This document shows positions 1 to 10,938 of a stretch of DNA of 64,000 nt, in pieces. The notes under the pieces are model-generated. The model saw only the letters and a list, made by a program, of their open reading frames with translations. It did no database searches and was not told the origin of the DNA. Every line of letters starts with the position of its first letter. Within the stretch, counting starts at the first letter, position 1. Origin of the DNA: Acidobacteriota bacterium (GTDB taxonomy: Bacteria > Acidobacteriota > UBA890 > WLXD01); contig CBDFKD010000002.1 of assembly GCA_965248695.1 (NCBI GenBank), forward strand, positions 4,800,001 to 4,864,000, given 5' to 3'. A program made the position numbers and the translations under genes.

Positions 1-618
1 AGCACGGCGCTACCGGGCGACGAGGCCCCCGACCGATTTACGTACGATCCTGGCACACCGGTCCCCTCGCGCGGCGGCCAGTGGTGCTGCTTGGGCACGC
101 CGCTTATGGCCGCCGGTAGCTTCGACCAGTCCGAAATCGAGATGCGCCACGACGTGCTCGTGTACAGCACCCCGGTGCTCCAAGAGGGGGTCGAAGTAAC
201 CGGCCCGATCGAGGCCGTTCTGTACGTCTCTTCGTCGGCGACCGACACCGATTTCACCGCCAAGCTCGTCGACGTGGCGCCGGACGGCAGTGCCTACAAC
301 ATCCAGGAAGGCGTCATGCGCGCCCGTTATCGCGAGGGCTTCGACAGGAAGGTATGGATGACGGATGGCGAGGTGGTGCAGCTGCGCGTCGACCTGTATG
401 CCACCGGCAACTACTTCGCCCCGGGGCACCGCATCCGGCTCGAGGTGTCGAGCTCGAGCTTTCCGCGCTACGAGCGCAACCTCAACACCGGCGGCAACAA
501 CTACGACGAGAAGGAATGGGTAGTGGCAGAGCAAACCGTGCACCACTCCGCCGAATACCCATCGCACGTGATCCTGCCGGTGATTCCAGCGCGCAACGCG
601 ACCGCATCGGCCCAATAG
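1..618 (+). CDS. CocE/NonD family hydrolase, C-terminal part (5' end outside window)
   Basis: Frame 1 is open from base 1. Motifs FTYDP..PVPSRGG, DVLVY, GPIEAVLYVSSSATDTDFTAKLVDV and GHRIRLEVSSSSFPRYERNLNTG are typical of the CocE/PepX C-terminal domain. Confidence 0.9.
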   Translation, partial: STALPGDEAPDRFTYDPGTPVPSRGGQWCCLGTPLMAAGSFDQSEIEMRHDVLVYSTPVLQEGVEVTGPIEAVLYVSSSATDTDFTAKLVDVAPDGSAYNIQEGVMRARYREGFDRKVWMTDGEVVQLRVDLYATGNYFAPGHRIRLEVSSSSFPRYERNLNTGGNNYDEKEWVVAEQTVHHSAEYPSHVILPVIPARNATASAQ

Positions 619-630
619 CCGAGCCCGAGG

Positions 631-2415
631 ATGAGCGGGCGACCAGTGCAGCGGCAAGCGTGCGCCTGCGTTGCACTGCTCGGCACCTTGATCGCGCTCG
701 CCGCAACGACGCCGCTCCTGTGGGGGCAGGAGTCTGCGTCTTCGCCGATCCGTTTTCGCGACGTCACCCACGAGGCGGGTGTCGAGTTTCGCCAGCACAC
801 CGGTGGGCAGGGGAGGCGGCACCTCCCCGAGACATCCGGCTCCGGCGGTGGGTGGCTGGACTACGACTCTGATGGGCTCTGGGACCTCTATCTGGTGGAC
901 AGTGGCCCGCTTCCCGGTGGCGATTCCGATCTGGTCCCATCAGGGGCACGACCGGCGGGAGCGAACGCCATGTTTCGCAACCGCGGAGATGGTCGGTTTT
1001 CGCCGGCACTCGGGGTCGCGGCGGACCGTGGCCATGGTCGCGGGGTTTCGTTTGCTGATTACGACAACGACGGGTTCGTCGACATCTTCGTTGGCAACTG
1101 GGGGCCGGACGCGCTGTATCGCAACAACGGCGACGGTACATTTGCCGAGGTCACCGTGCGTGCGGGCCTGGGTGACGAGCGGCTGGCGTCGAGCTCGACA
1201 TGGGCCGATCTCGACGCCGACGGATGGGTCGATCTGTACGTCGTGACCTACGTCGCCTACGACCCAGAGACGGCGCCGGCGTGCGGCGACCCGGCGGCCG
1301 GGTTGATCGATTTCTGCCATCCGGCCCTCTTCGAAGGGCAGCCCGACATGGTGTTCCACAACCGCGCGGACGGAACGTTCTCGGATCGGTCCGCCGAGCT
1401 CGCCGGCGCCATGGCTGCGGACGGCAAGGGGCTCGCCGTGGCAGTGGAAGATCTCGATGATGACGGCCTCCCGGACATCTACGTCGCCAACGACACGACG
1501 CCGAACTACGTTCACTTCAACCAAGGCGATTTTCGCTTCGAGGAACGCGGCATGCTCTCGGGGCTGGGGATGGGGGAGAACGGCCAGTCACAGGCGGGCA
1601 TGGGGATCGCCATCGGCTACATCGACGGCGACTTGGATCTGGCGGTAGCGAACGGGCACATCCTGGAGCTGGCTGACGACTACCCGCAGCCGAATCAGGT
1701 GTTCGCCAACCAGTTGACCACGCTCCGCGCTGCGGCCGGCGTCGCTGGCGTTCTGGCGACCGCGCCGCCGAGTCCGCCTGGGGGCGCCCCCGAACCGCCG
1801 TCGTGGCGGCCAGCGGGCCCGTTGTTCAACGACGCATCCGAACAGGCGGGCGCGTCGATCACGCGCCGGCGGGTGTCCCGCGGTCTGTCGGTCGGCGACG
1901 CCGACGGCGATGGGCTTGCCGATCTGCTGATCACCAACGTGAACGACGTGGCCGAGTTGCTGCACAACGTGGCCGACGACCCGGGCAACGCCGTCGTGCT
2001 GCGCCTGCGCGACACCGAGGGGAACCGCGACGCGATCGGCGCCGATGTTTGGATCACGCCATGTCCGACTCCGGATCCGGAGGCCTGTTCGTCCGGCAGC
2101 GGCGCGGTTGGTGGCGCGGCGGGGTACCCGCAACGGTATCGAGTGCGAGGCGCGTCCTCCTACGCTTCGCAGAGCTCGAATGATCTCCACGTTGGCCTGG
2201 GAGCCTCGCCGGGCGCGCAGGTGCAGGTGCGCTGGCCGGACGGAGCCGTCGAGAGCCTCGGCTATGTCGCGGGCGGGCGGGTCCTGCTCATTGTCCGGGG
2301 TCGCGGTGTCGCCGCCGCCCGGACGCTCGCCCCACACAGGGTTCCGGCGAGCCCACTAGTACAGGACCGCTTCCGAGCCGCGCTCTTGGATGAGCGCCTC
2401 GATATGCGCCACTAG
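631..2415 (+). CDS. CRTAC1-family secreted protein (FG-GAP repeats + ASPIC/UnbV), apparently with an internal deletion
   Basis: Signal peptide, FRDVT, repeated DYDNDG/DLDADG motifs, NRDAIGA, SYASQS..LHVGLG and VRWPDG. Confidence 0.85.
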   Translation: MSGRPVQRQACACVALLGTLIALAATTPLLWGQESASSPIRFRDVTHEAGVEFRQHTGGQGRRHLPETSGSGGGWLDYDSDGLWDLYLVDSGPLPGGDSDLVPSGARPAGANAMFRNRGDGRFSPALGVAADRGHGRGVSFADYDNDGFVDIFVGNWGPDALYRNNGDGTFAEVTVRAGLGDERLASSSTWADLDADGWVDLYVVTYVAYDPETAPACGDPAAGLIDFCHPALFEGQPDMVFHNRADGTFSDRSAELAGAMAADGKGLAVAVEDLDDDGLPDIYVANDTTPNYVHFNQGDFRFEERGMLSGLGMGENGQSQAGMGIAIGYIDGDLDLAVANGHILELADDYPQPNQVFANQLTTLRAAAGVAGVLATAPPSPPGGAPEPPSWRPAGPLFNDASEQAGASITRRRVSRGLSVGDADGDGLADLLITNVNDVAELLHNVADDPGNAVVLRLRDTEGNRDAIGADVWITPCPTPDPEACSSGSGAVGGAAGYPQRYRVRGASSYASQSSNDLHVGLGASPGAQVQVRWPDGAVESLGYVAGGRVLLIVRGRGVAAARTLAPHRVPASPLVQDRFRAALLDERLDMRH

Positions 2416-3279
2416 CTGGTCTCGCCGCTTGAAGATGTCGTTGATGACCGGGCCGTCGAGCACGTCACCAGTCTTTTCGGTCACGGTGTCGCGGTCGAGC
2501 GCCTGCAGTGCCTCCCAGAATGCCGTGCGTACCCAGATGATCTTTTCCGGCGCCCGGAGCTCGTCACCCTGCTGGAAGCCGCGCGTGTGGTCGATCAACC
2601 ACACTTTCCAGTCCTTGTCGATCAGCAGATTGCCGGGATTCCGATCGATGTTGCCAATGAGCTCGTCGAAGACGGTCATCTCCTGCGTCTGGCGCCGCCA
2701 GCCGACGAAGTCGGGGGATCGCAGGCCCTGCTTGACGCGGTCCTGCTCCATCATCGTGTCGTTGACCCAGATCTGTGCCGTGCCGCGGTCGCGGTTTAGG
2801 CGTCGGTGCACCGCCGGCGGCACGTTGTCCATTCCCAGGAGCTTGGAGATCTCGTAGGCGGCAACCTCGAACCCCGAGAAATCTCGTAGCTTCTGGTAGT
2901 AGCTGCCATCCGGCATGCGTACCCGGGTGTGCTCTTCATCCACTGCACGGAACGCCGCATAGGCACGCACGCCGTCCTGCTCCAGCACGAGACGGCGCGG
3001 GCCGGTGATTCCGATGTCGATCTTGTCGTTGTCGACGACGTCGGCGGTGCGTAGAAACTCGCTCACGGCGGCCGCGTCCTGGAAGGGAAGCGGGTTGCCA
3101 TCGACGTCGCGCCAGATCTCGTCCTGTGCGGCTACGGCTGCAATGACCTCGGTTGGCGGACCTACGAGTGCCAGCGTTGCGGTGGCGATGAGGGTTGCCG
3201 CGGCTGCAGGAGCGAGGCGTGCCGGGGCGGCGACCACGGCGGAGAAAAGAGACGCTCGAACCGAGGGCGTTGGGGACAC
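2356..3279 (-). CDS. Secreted atypical kinase-fold protein (PI3/4-kinase/HipA-like catalytic motifs)
   Basis: GTG start at 3279 with AGGAG RBS and a hydrophobic N-terminus. Motifs EVAAYEISKLLG..VPPAV and FDELIGNIDRNPGNLL..WLIDHTRGF. Confidence 0.7.
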   Translation of the reverse strand: MSPTPSVRASLFSAVVAAPARLAPAAAATLIATATLALVGPPTEVIAAVAAQDEIWRDVDGNPLPFQDAAAVSEFLRTADVVDNDKIDIGITGPRRLVLEQDGVRAYAAFRAVDEEHTRVRMPDGSYYQKLRDFSGFEVAAYEISKLLGMDNVPPAVHRRLNRDRGTAQIWVNDTMMEQDRVKQGLRSPDFVGWRRQTQEMTVFDELIGNIDRNPGNLLIDKDWKVWLIDHTRGFQQGDELRAPEKIIWVRTAFWEALQALDRDTVTEKTGDVLDGPVINDIFKRRDQLVAHIEALIQERGSEAVLY

Positions 3280-3443
3280 AGTCTGCTCCTTTGGTTGGCG
3301 CGGAGTCTTGGCGGCGACTCTATTACGGCCCTGCGCGCCGGACAAACGGTGGTTGACGCCGGTGCGCGCCGCTCCGACCATGGTCCAGATCGTTCCCGAT
3401 GTCGATCGATCCCGCGCCGGGGTCATCATCGCGAGCAGCTGAT

Positions 3444-4145
3444 TTGGTCGAGAGTCGAAAAATAGGGTGGTACGTTGGCCTCGGCTGCCTGGGAATCATC
3501 GGCCTGCTGGCGATCGCCGCCGGCGCCTGCGGCGTGTGGATATACAGCGAGACGCAGCGCTTCGAGCGCGAGATGACCGATCCCGCGAGCCGTCGTGAGC
3601 GAGTGCTGGAAATGCTCGGTGCCGACACGGTTCCGGAAGGCTACTATCCGATGGTGGCGTTCTCGGTGCCGTTCGTGATCGAAACCGCCATCCTCACCGA
3701 TCGAGCCCCCGATGCCGACGGCGAGCCCGCCGATGGCTTCGACGAACACGGCTTCATCTATCTGAAGATGATCCGTATCGGCCAGGACCAGGCCGAGCTG
3801 CGAGATTTCTTCGAGGGCAGTACCGATGACGCCGACGTGCTGCGCGAAAACGGTATCGGCATCGACACCGACGAGATCATCGGCCGCGGCGTGATCGATA
3901 CGTCGGCGGCGCAACTGCTGTACGTGGCCTCGCGCGGCAACGTCGCCCAGGCTCGCGGCAGTGGCGATGGTCTGCTGTCCATCGCGATGGTGGAGTGCGG
4001 TACCGACGAGCGCATGCGCATCGGTGTGTGGTTCGGTCCCGATCCCGAGCCCGAGATGTCGATCGATGAGCTCGATCTGTCGGGCACGCCGGCGGATCCT
4101 GCCACCATTCGGCGGTTCTACGCCAACTTCAGGCTGTGTGACTGA
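3444..4145 (+). CDS. Hypothetical membrane-anchored protein (start uncertain)
   Basis: N-terminal TM segment (WYVGLGCLGIIGLLAIAAGACGVW) followed by an acidic soluble domain, with coding-like codon usage. Confidence 0.7.
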   Translation: MVESRKIGWYVGLGCLGIIGLLAIAAGACGVWIYSETQRFEREMTDPASRRERVLEMLGADTVPEGYYPMVAFSVPFVIETAILTDRAPDADGEPADGFDEHGFIYLKMIRIGQDQAELRDFFEGSTDDADVLRENGIGIDTDEIIGRGVIDTSAAQLLYVASRGNVAQARGSGDGLLSIAMVECGTDERMRIGVWFGPDPEPEMSIDELDLSGTPADPATIRRFYANFRLCD

Positions 4146-4177
4146 CCGGCGGGGACCAACCCGGAGCGCGGCTCAGG

Positions 4178-4519
4178 TCACGGCGTGGCGGCGCTGACGT
4201 GACCGTAGTGATCGCGCGTCCAGTCAAACGCCACCGGTTCGCCATCGACGAGAATCTCGACGCGCAACGTGCCCTCCTCGACGAGCTTCTGCGCCATGCA
4301 GGACACGTCGGAGCCGCGCAACTCGATCACGAACGGAACCGCCTGGTCGAGTGACTCTCGCCATTCCTGGCCGCCGCTGTGAAGCACGTAGTGGCCAGTG
4401 AAGCGCACACCCTCAGTACCGGTAACGCGCACCAGCATCGGGCGCTCACCCTTGCTGCAGCCGACGGCGGCGGCCAGCAAGCAGATGGCCAAAGTGACGC
4501 TCACGACATGTCGGCGCAT
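4178..4519 (-). CDS. Small hypothetical lipoprotein
   Basis: MRRH plus hydrophobic stretch plus lipobox AVG-C. Lies 14 bp downstream of the pilin gene. Confidence 0.65.
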   Translation of the reverse strand: MRRHVVSVTLAICLLAAAVGCSKGERPMLVRVTGTEGVRFTGHYVLHSGGQEWRESLDQAVPFVIELRGSDVSCMAQKLVEEGTLRVEILVDGEPVAFDWTRDHYGHVSAATP

Positions 4520-4533
4520 GAGCTGAGTCTCTC

Positions 4534-5013
4534 CTAGCAGGAATCCGCGATGATGTTGGGGAGTTGCGCCGTCTCGTCGGGCATACCCGGTGCCCGAAGG
4601 AACGTTCCGTTGGACAGCCAGATATCCGGGTCGAAGTAGTCGCCTACCCACGGATCGGGCGGATTCGGTCCGATGAGCGCGTCAGCGCCCATGCCCTGCA
4701 TCAGGTACGCGCAGCCCGTGTTGATGCCGGTGTACAAGTAGCTCGTGCCCCATCCATCGTCAGGGACGCCGGCGTAGTAGTCAGGCTGCAGCGCGACCAG
4801 CCCCTGGGCACTGGTGGGGAACAGGCCGCTGTGGTCGAGCTGGTAAGTGGCGAGCCCGGTAGAGAGGTTGCGCATGTCGCCGAGGCTACGGCGCTGACGA
4901 CCGCGCTCGAACGCCATCAGCAGCTGCGGCACCACGAGCATGGACAGGATGGCGATGATCGCCATTGATGCCAACACATCGATCAGCGAGAACCCACGCT
5001 CTCTTGTTGCCAT
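4534..5013 (-). CDS. Type II secretion GspG-like / type IV prepilin protein
   Basis: MATRERG|FSLIDVLASMAIIAILSMLVVP class III signal peptide and a DGWGTSYLY motif resembling GspG DPWG..Y.Y. Confidence 0.8.
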   Translation of the reverse strand: MATRERGFSLIDVLASMAIIAILSMLVVPQLLMAFERGRQRRSLGDMRNLSTGLATYQLDHSGLFPTSAQGLVALQPDYYAGVPDDGWGTSYLYTGINTGCAYLMQGMGADALIGPNPPDPWVGDYFDPDIWLSNGTFLRAPGMPDETAQLPNIIADSC

Positions 5014-5135
5014 GACGGACGACTTCTTCGAAGGACTGAGGATGTCTAGTTGAACCTCTGTACGACAAATTAACAGACGCAAGAAACACACTAAAGCTCA
5101 AAAAAACACATGCATGAATCACTGTAGATGTTTAT

Positions 5136-5160
5136 TGACCGCAGAAGTTAACTGCGGTCA
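5136..5160. terminator. Perfect 9-bp hairpin over the ketosynthase stop codon (possible terminator or operator)
   Basis: TGACCGCAG-aagttaa-CTGCGGTCA. No clean U-tract follows. Confidence 0.4.
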
Positions 5161-6740
5161 CGCCAGGGCCGGGAGATCACGCAGGCGTTGATGCCGCCCA
5201 CTCCCATCGACAGCTTGCCCGCTGCACCGGAGTCTGCCGGGCAACCCTCGTCGAGAACGTAGCGCAAGGGGAGGCTGGCGACGCTGGGGTTCAATTGGTC
5301 GGCGGACAGCGGCGTCGGGTGGATTCGGCCGCCGGCGAGGCCGAGGTGCTGCGCCATCAGCTCCCAGCCCCCGCAGCACGACATGCCGTGGCCGAACGTG
5401 CCCTTTCGCGCCGTAACCACGACCCCGTCGCGCACCAACGCGGCCAGGTTGGTGACCTCCTGGTAGTCGCCGGGTGTCGCCGTGGCGTGGAGGTCCCAGG
5501 TGGAGATTTCGTCGGCTGCTACGCCGGCATCTTCCAGAGCGCGGCGAATCGACTCCTGCGGGCCGTTCTGAGAAGGCGTGATGATGTGGTCTGCGTCCGA
5601 GGTGACCCCGACGCCTAGAAGCTCCAAGCCCAGTGGAGTGAAGCCCTGCCCTTCCATGAAGTCGCGATCCCCGACGATCCACACACACGCTCCACCCGCC
5701 ACATGAGTGCCGCGAAGATCCGTTAGCGGAACCGATGGTTCCCGGTCGGCAGCGAGCACGCGGGCCTTGTAGAAGGTTCCGACGCTCAACATGTGGGGTG
5801 GCGGGTCGGCCGCGCCTACGACGACGGCTTTGGCCTCGCCCGTTCGTATGGCCCGCATCGCCAGATGCAGGCTGACGCCGAAGCCCGAGCACGCTGCCAC
5901 CGGCGCGTACGCCGCCCCGGTGATCCGGCCCAGCATCGACACCTGAGCGGCCGGCGTATTGTGGATGTTCCACAGCAGGTTGGCCGACACGGAAAGCCAC
6001 GGCGGTGTCGGACATCCGACCTCCTTCTGGAGGCGCTCGGTTTCCGTGCGCTTGCGGCGCAGCAATCGCAGCTTTCCCTGTTCGACCTCTCCCTGGACCC
6101 CTTGAGCCTCGATCGTATTCAGACACTCCAGGAAAGCGGTCAGACCGTCTGAGCGCCCGGACCAGAAGTGGTCCCACGCTTCCGTGGCGTCGTCGCGTTC
6201 GTCGGCGTCGGCGAACTCCTCCGGCGAGGCCGGCACACTCCACTGGCGACGTAGCTCGACGCGGCGCTCGGATCCGGCCGATCCGAAGGCCGCCCGGTCA
6301 GCGTTGCGCTCCGGCTGGGCCCAGAAGCGATTCCACCGTCTCCGCGCTCGATACAAGTCCACCGAGCAGTCGTAGTACGTCGGCAGGTCACCCAAGCCCG
6401 TGGACACCAGCACCTGGGCTTCGGCGCCCAACGACTGTAGCGCCGCCTCGATCCCCGGGTTCTGTCGGAGCGACTGAATGAATGCCCCGATCGCGTACTG
6501 GGTCGTGAAGCCCATCTTCTTGCGCAGCTGCGGGAACTTCGTGGGTGCGAAACGCTCGTCGATCCAGCCTCGATAGGTCTGCAGATCGAAATCGGGGATT
6601 CCGGCAAGGAAGTTCGACTGGTCGGCATCGGAGAACGGCGACAGCCAGCTATCAGACTTCTCGAGGTTGGCGGCGAACGCCTCCACATCGGCCGAGCGTG
6701 GCGCCACCACACCCCATCCGTAGATTCCGATGCGAGTCAT
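5148..6740 (-). CDS. Beta-ketoacyl synthase (FabF/FabB-like) with ~110-aa insertion
   Basis: GWGVVAP, STGLGD, catalytic AACSG, SDADHIITP, HATATPGD, KGTFGHGM and SMGVGGINA. Confidence 0.85.
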   Translation of the reverse strand: MTRIGIYGWGVVAPRSADVEAFAANLEKSDSWLSPFSDADQSNFLAGIPDFDLQTYRGWIDERFAPTKFPQLRKKMGFTTQYAIGAFIQSLRQNPGIEAALQSLGAEAQVLVSTGLGDLPTYYDCSVDLYRARRRWNRFWAQPERNADRAAFGSAGSERRVELRRQWSVPASPEEFADADERDDATEAWDHFWSGRSDGLTAFLECLNTIEAQGVQGEVEQGKLRLLRRKRTETERLQKEVGCPTPPWLSVSANLLWNIHNTPAAQVSMLGRITGAAYAPVAACSGFGVSLHLAMRAIRTGEAKAVVVGAADPPPHMLSVGTFYKARVLAADREPSVPLTDLRGTHVAGGACVWIVGDRDFMEGQGFTPLGLELLGVGVTSDADHIITPSQNGPQESIRRALEDAGVAADEISTWDLHATATPGDYQEVTNLAALVRDGVVVTARKGTFGHGMSCCGGWELMAQHLGLAGGRIHPTPLSADQLNPSVASLPLRYVLDEGCPADSGAAGKLSMGVGGINACVISRPWRDRS

Positions 6741-6757
6741 CTGTTACAGGCCACTAG
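6733..6757 (+). repeat. CAGGCCACTAG motif copy A
   Basis: CGAGTCATCTG-TTA-CAGGCCACTAG. Contains the ketosynthase start codon on the - strand. Confidence 0.85.
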
Positions 6758-6814
6758 AGGGGATCCGAGGAGTCGGGATGTAACCCTTTGAGCAAATGTA
6801 GGGTACGGGAAGGG

Positions 6815-7225
6815 TTACTGCGGGAGGCCCGGGCTGGCGGACGATTGCGAGGCCCGGCGGTCGTCATCGTCCGTGTCCGCCTCGTCGTTCGGAGGCAGCG
6901 GGGGGAGAAGGTAAACCTTCTCGCCGGGTTTGACCAGACCGAGGCGCTCGCGGGCTTCCCGCTCGATTGTCAATGGCTCGTCGCGGAGCAACCGAATGCG
7001 TGCCCGCAGGGCATCGTTGTCGTGCTCGGCGGCGGCGATCTCTTGCTGCAGTCGCTCTACATCCGCGCGGGCACGATACACGCCGACCATACCTCCGGCG
7101 CCGAAAAAACTGTACGCAACGCCCCAGATGCCGAATCCGGCCGCAACCCAGACGAAGCGGCGGTTCGGTGCAGTGCCGCGCTTTCGCTGTGGCTTCGGAA
7201 TGAGAATCCGAATGCCCATGACCAC
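6815..7225 (-). CDS. ftsB: Septum formation initiator FtsB/DivIC family
   Basis: TM helix, coiled coil and IEREARERLGLVKPGE, immediately downstream of eno. Confidence 0.85.
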   Translation of the reverse strand: MVMGIRILIPKPQRKRGTAPNRRFVWVAAGFGIWGVAYSFFGAGGMVGVYRARADVERLQQEIAAAEHDNDALRARIRLLRDEPLTIEREARERLGLVKPGEKVYLLPPLPPNDEADTDDDDRRASQSSASPGLPQ

Positions 7226-7228
7226 CCG

Positions 7229-9744
<2,516 letters not shown>

Positions 9745-9753
9745 GCGAGCAGC

Positions 9754-9928
9754 CTAGCAGGCCGTGGTGAAAGTGTGGTGGGTCTGGCGACAGGGTTTTG
9801 CGAGGCGCAGGCCAGGAGAGAGGAGGAGGCGATGGTAACTCCATCGTTGACGACAAACGACGCAGCATGCGCGCGCAACCCCAACTCGCCGTAACCAGAC
9901 CCACCACACTTTCACCACGGCCTGCTAG
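9754..9928. mobile_element. 175-bp MITE-like element with 34-bp perfect terminal inverted repeats ending in CTAG
   Basis: CTAGCAGGCCGTGGTGAAAGTGTGGTGGGTCTGG (9754-9787) is the exact reverse complement of 9895-9928. Central hairpin CGATGG-taact-CCATCG. No transposase. Confidence 0.85.
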
Positions 9929-10037
9929 ACGGAGCACGTGTCGCGGTCAAAACACCGACTCTGGCGCTGACGAGTGGGTCGGAGAGTTCCCAGGCCCGCC
10001 GCTTGACGGGTGTCGTCGCGCGGGCGAGCCTCGCCGG

Positions 10038-10928
10038 ATGCGCGACATCGGTTCCTGGTTCGGTCTGACGAACAAGCAAGGCGAGCAACGGACGGCGCTG
10101 ATTCTCGGTTGTCCGTTGGACGACGCGGCGACCGGGCGGTCCGGGGCGTCCGCCGGCCCCGCCGCCATTCGGCGCTGGGCCGGAAGTGCCGAGGCGATCG
10201 ATGAGATCGGACACCCGGTGACCGGGCTGCAGGTCCGTGATCTGGGCGACATCACGATCGAGGCTCCGGTGTGGGCGGTGATTGAGGCGGCCGGACGTGC
10301 GGCCCTGCTTGAGCAACCCGGTGGCTTTCTGATCGGTCTCGGCGGCGATCACTCGGTCACGCCGCCCCTCGTGGCGGCGGTCGCCGAAGAGCACCGCGAC
10401 CTCGCCTTTCTGATGCTCGACGCCCACGCAGATTGCTTCGATACGTACGACGGCGATCGTGATTCGCACGCCTGTGTCGTGCGCCGCGTTTGGGACACGG
10501 TCGGGGTGGCTGCCGAGGCCACCTTTCTCGCCGGCCTGCGATCGTTCGCCCAGGCTGAGCTGGAGTCAATCGAGCGCGCCGGCCTCGTCTGCACGGCGTC
10601 CTCGTGGAGCGCGCTCGGCAGTCGGGAGCTGGCTCGCCAGATCGCCGACCGGGTCGGAGATCGACCGCTATACATATCGCTCGACATCGACGTGCTGGAT
10701 CCAGCCGCGGCCCCCGGGACCGGCTATCCGGTGGCTGGCGGGCCCGATTGCCGCGCCCTACTGGACGTGCTTGCGGCGTTGTGGATCACCACTGATGTTG
10801 TCGGTCTCGACCTGGTGGAGGTCGCGCCGGCGCTGGATCCCAGCGACAGCACCGCCGCCGTCGCTGCCCATGTGCTCCTCCAGGTCCTGGCGCACATCGC
10901 ACGCCGTGGAGTCGGCGGGTCGGAGTAG
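10038..10928 (+). CDS. Agmatinase/arginase-family ureohydrolase
   Basis: GP.AIR, GGDHS, DAHAD, SLDIDVLDPAAAPGTG and DLVEVAP. Confidence 0.9.
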   Translation: MRDIGSWFGLTNKQGEQRTALILGCPLDDAATGRSGASAGPAAIRRWAGSAEAIDEIGHPVTGLQVRDLGDITIEAPVWAVIEAAGRAALLEQPGGFLIGLGGDHSVTPPLVAAVAEEHRDLAFLMLDAHADCFDTYDGDRDSHACVVRRVWDTVGVAAEATFLAGLRSFAQAELESIERAGLVCTASSWSALGSRELARQIADRVGDRPLYISLDIDVLDPAAAPGTGYPVAGGPDCRALLDVLAALWITTDVVGLDLVEVAPALDPSDSTAAVAAHVLLQVLAHIARRGVGGSE

Positions 10929-10938
10929 AATCGCCACA

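Noticed and set aside
2351-2415. GCCCACTAG and GCCACTAG partial motif matches
   Set aside because: Only 7-8 bp, and explained by the stop codons of overlapping genes. The 2353 site may be a decayed copy but this cannot be supported.
6744-6757. Integron attC or Xer dif interpretation of the motif
   Set aside because: GTTACAG does not fit GTTRRRY, the arms do not resemble dif, and no integrase is present.
9798-10037. N-terminal extension of the agmatinase ORF
   Set aside because: It reads through the MITE. The family-like sequence begins near ATG 10038.
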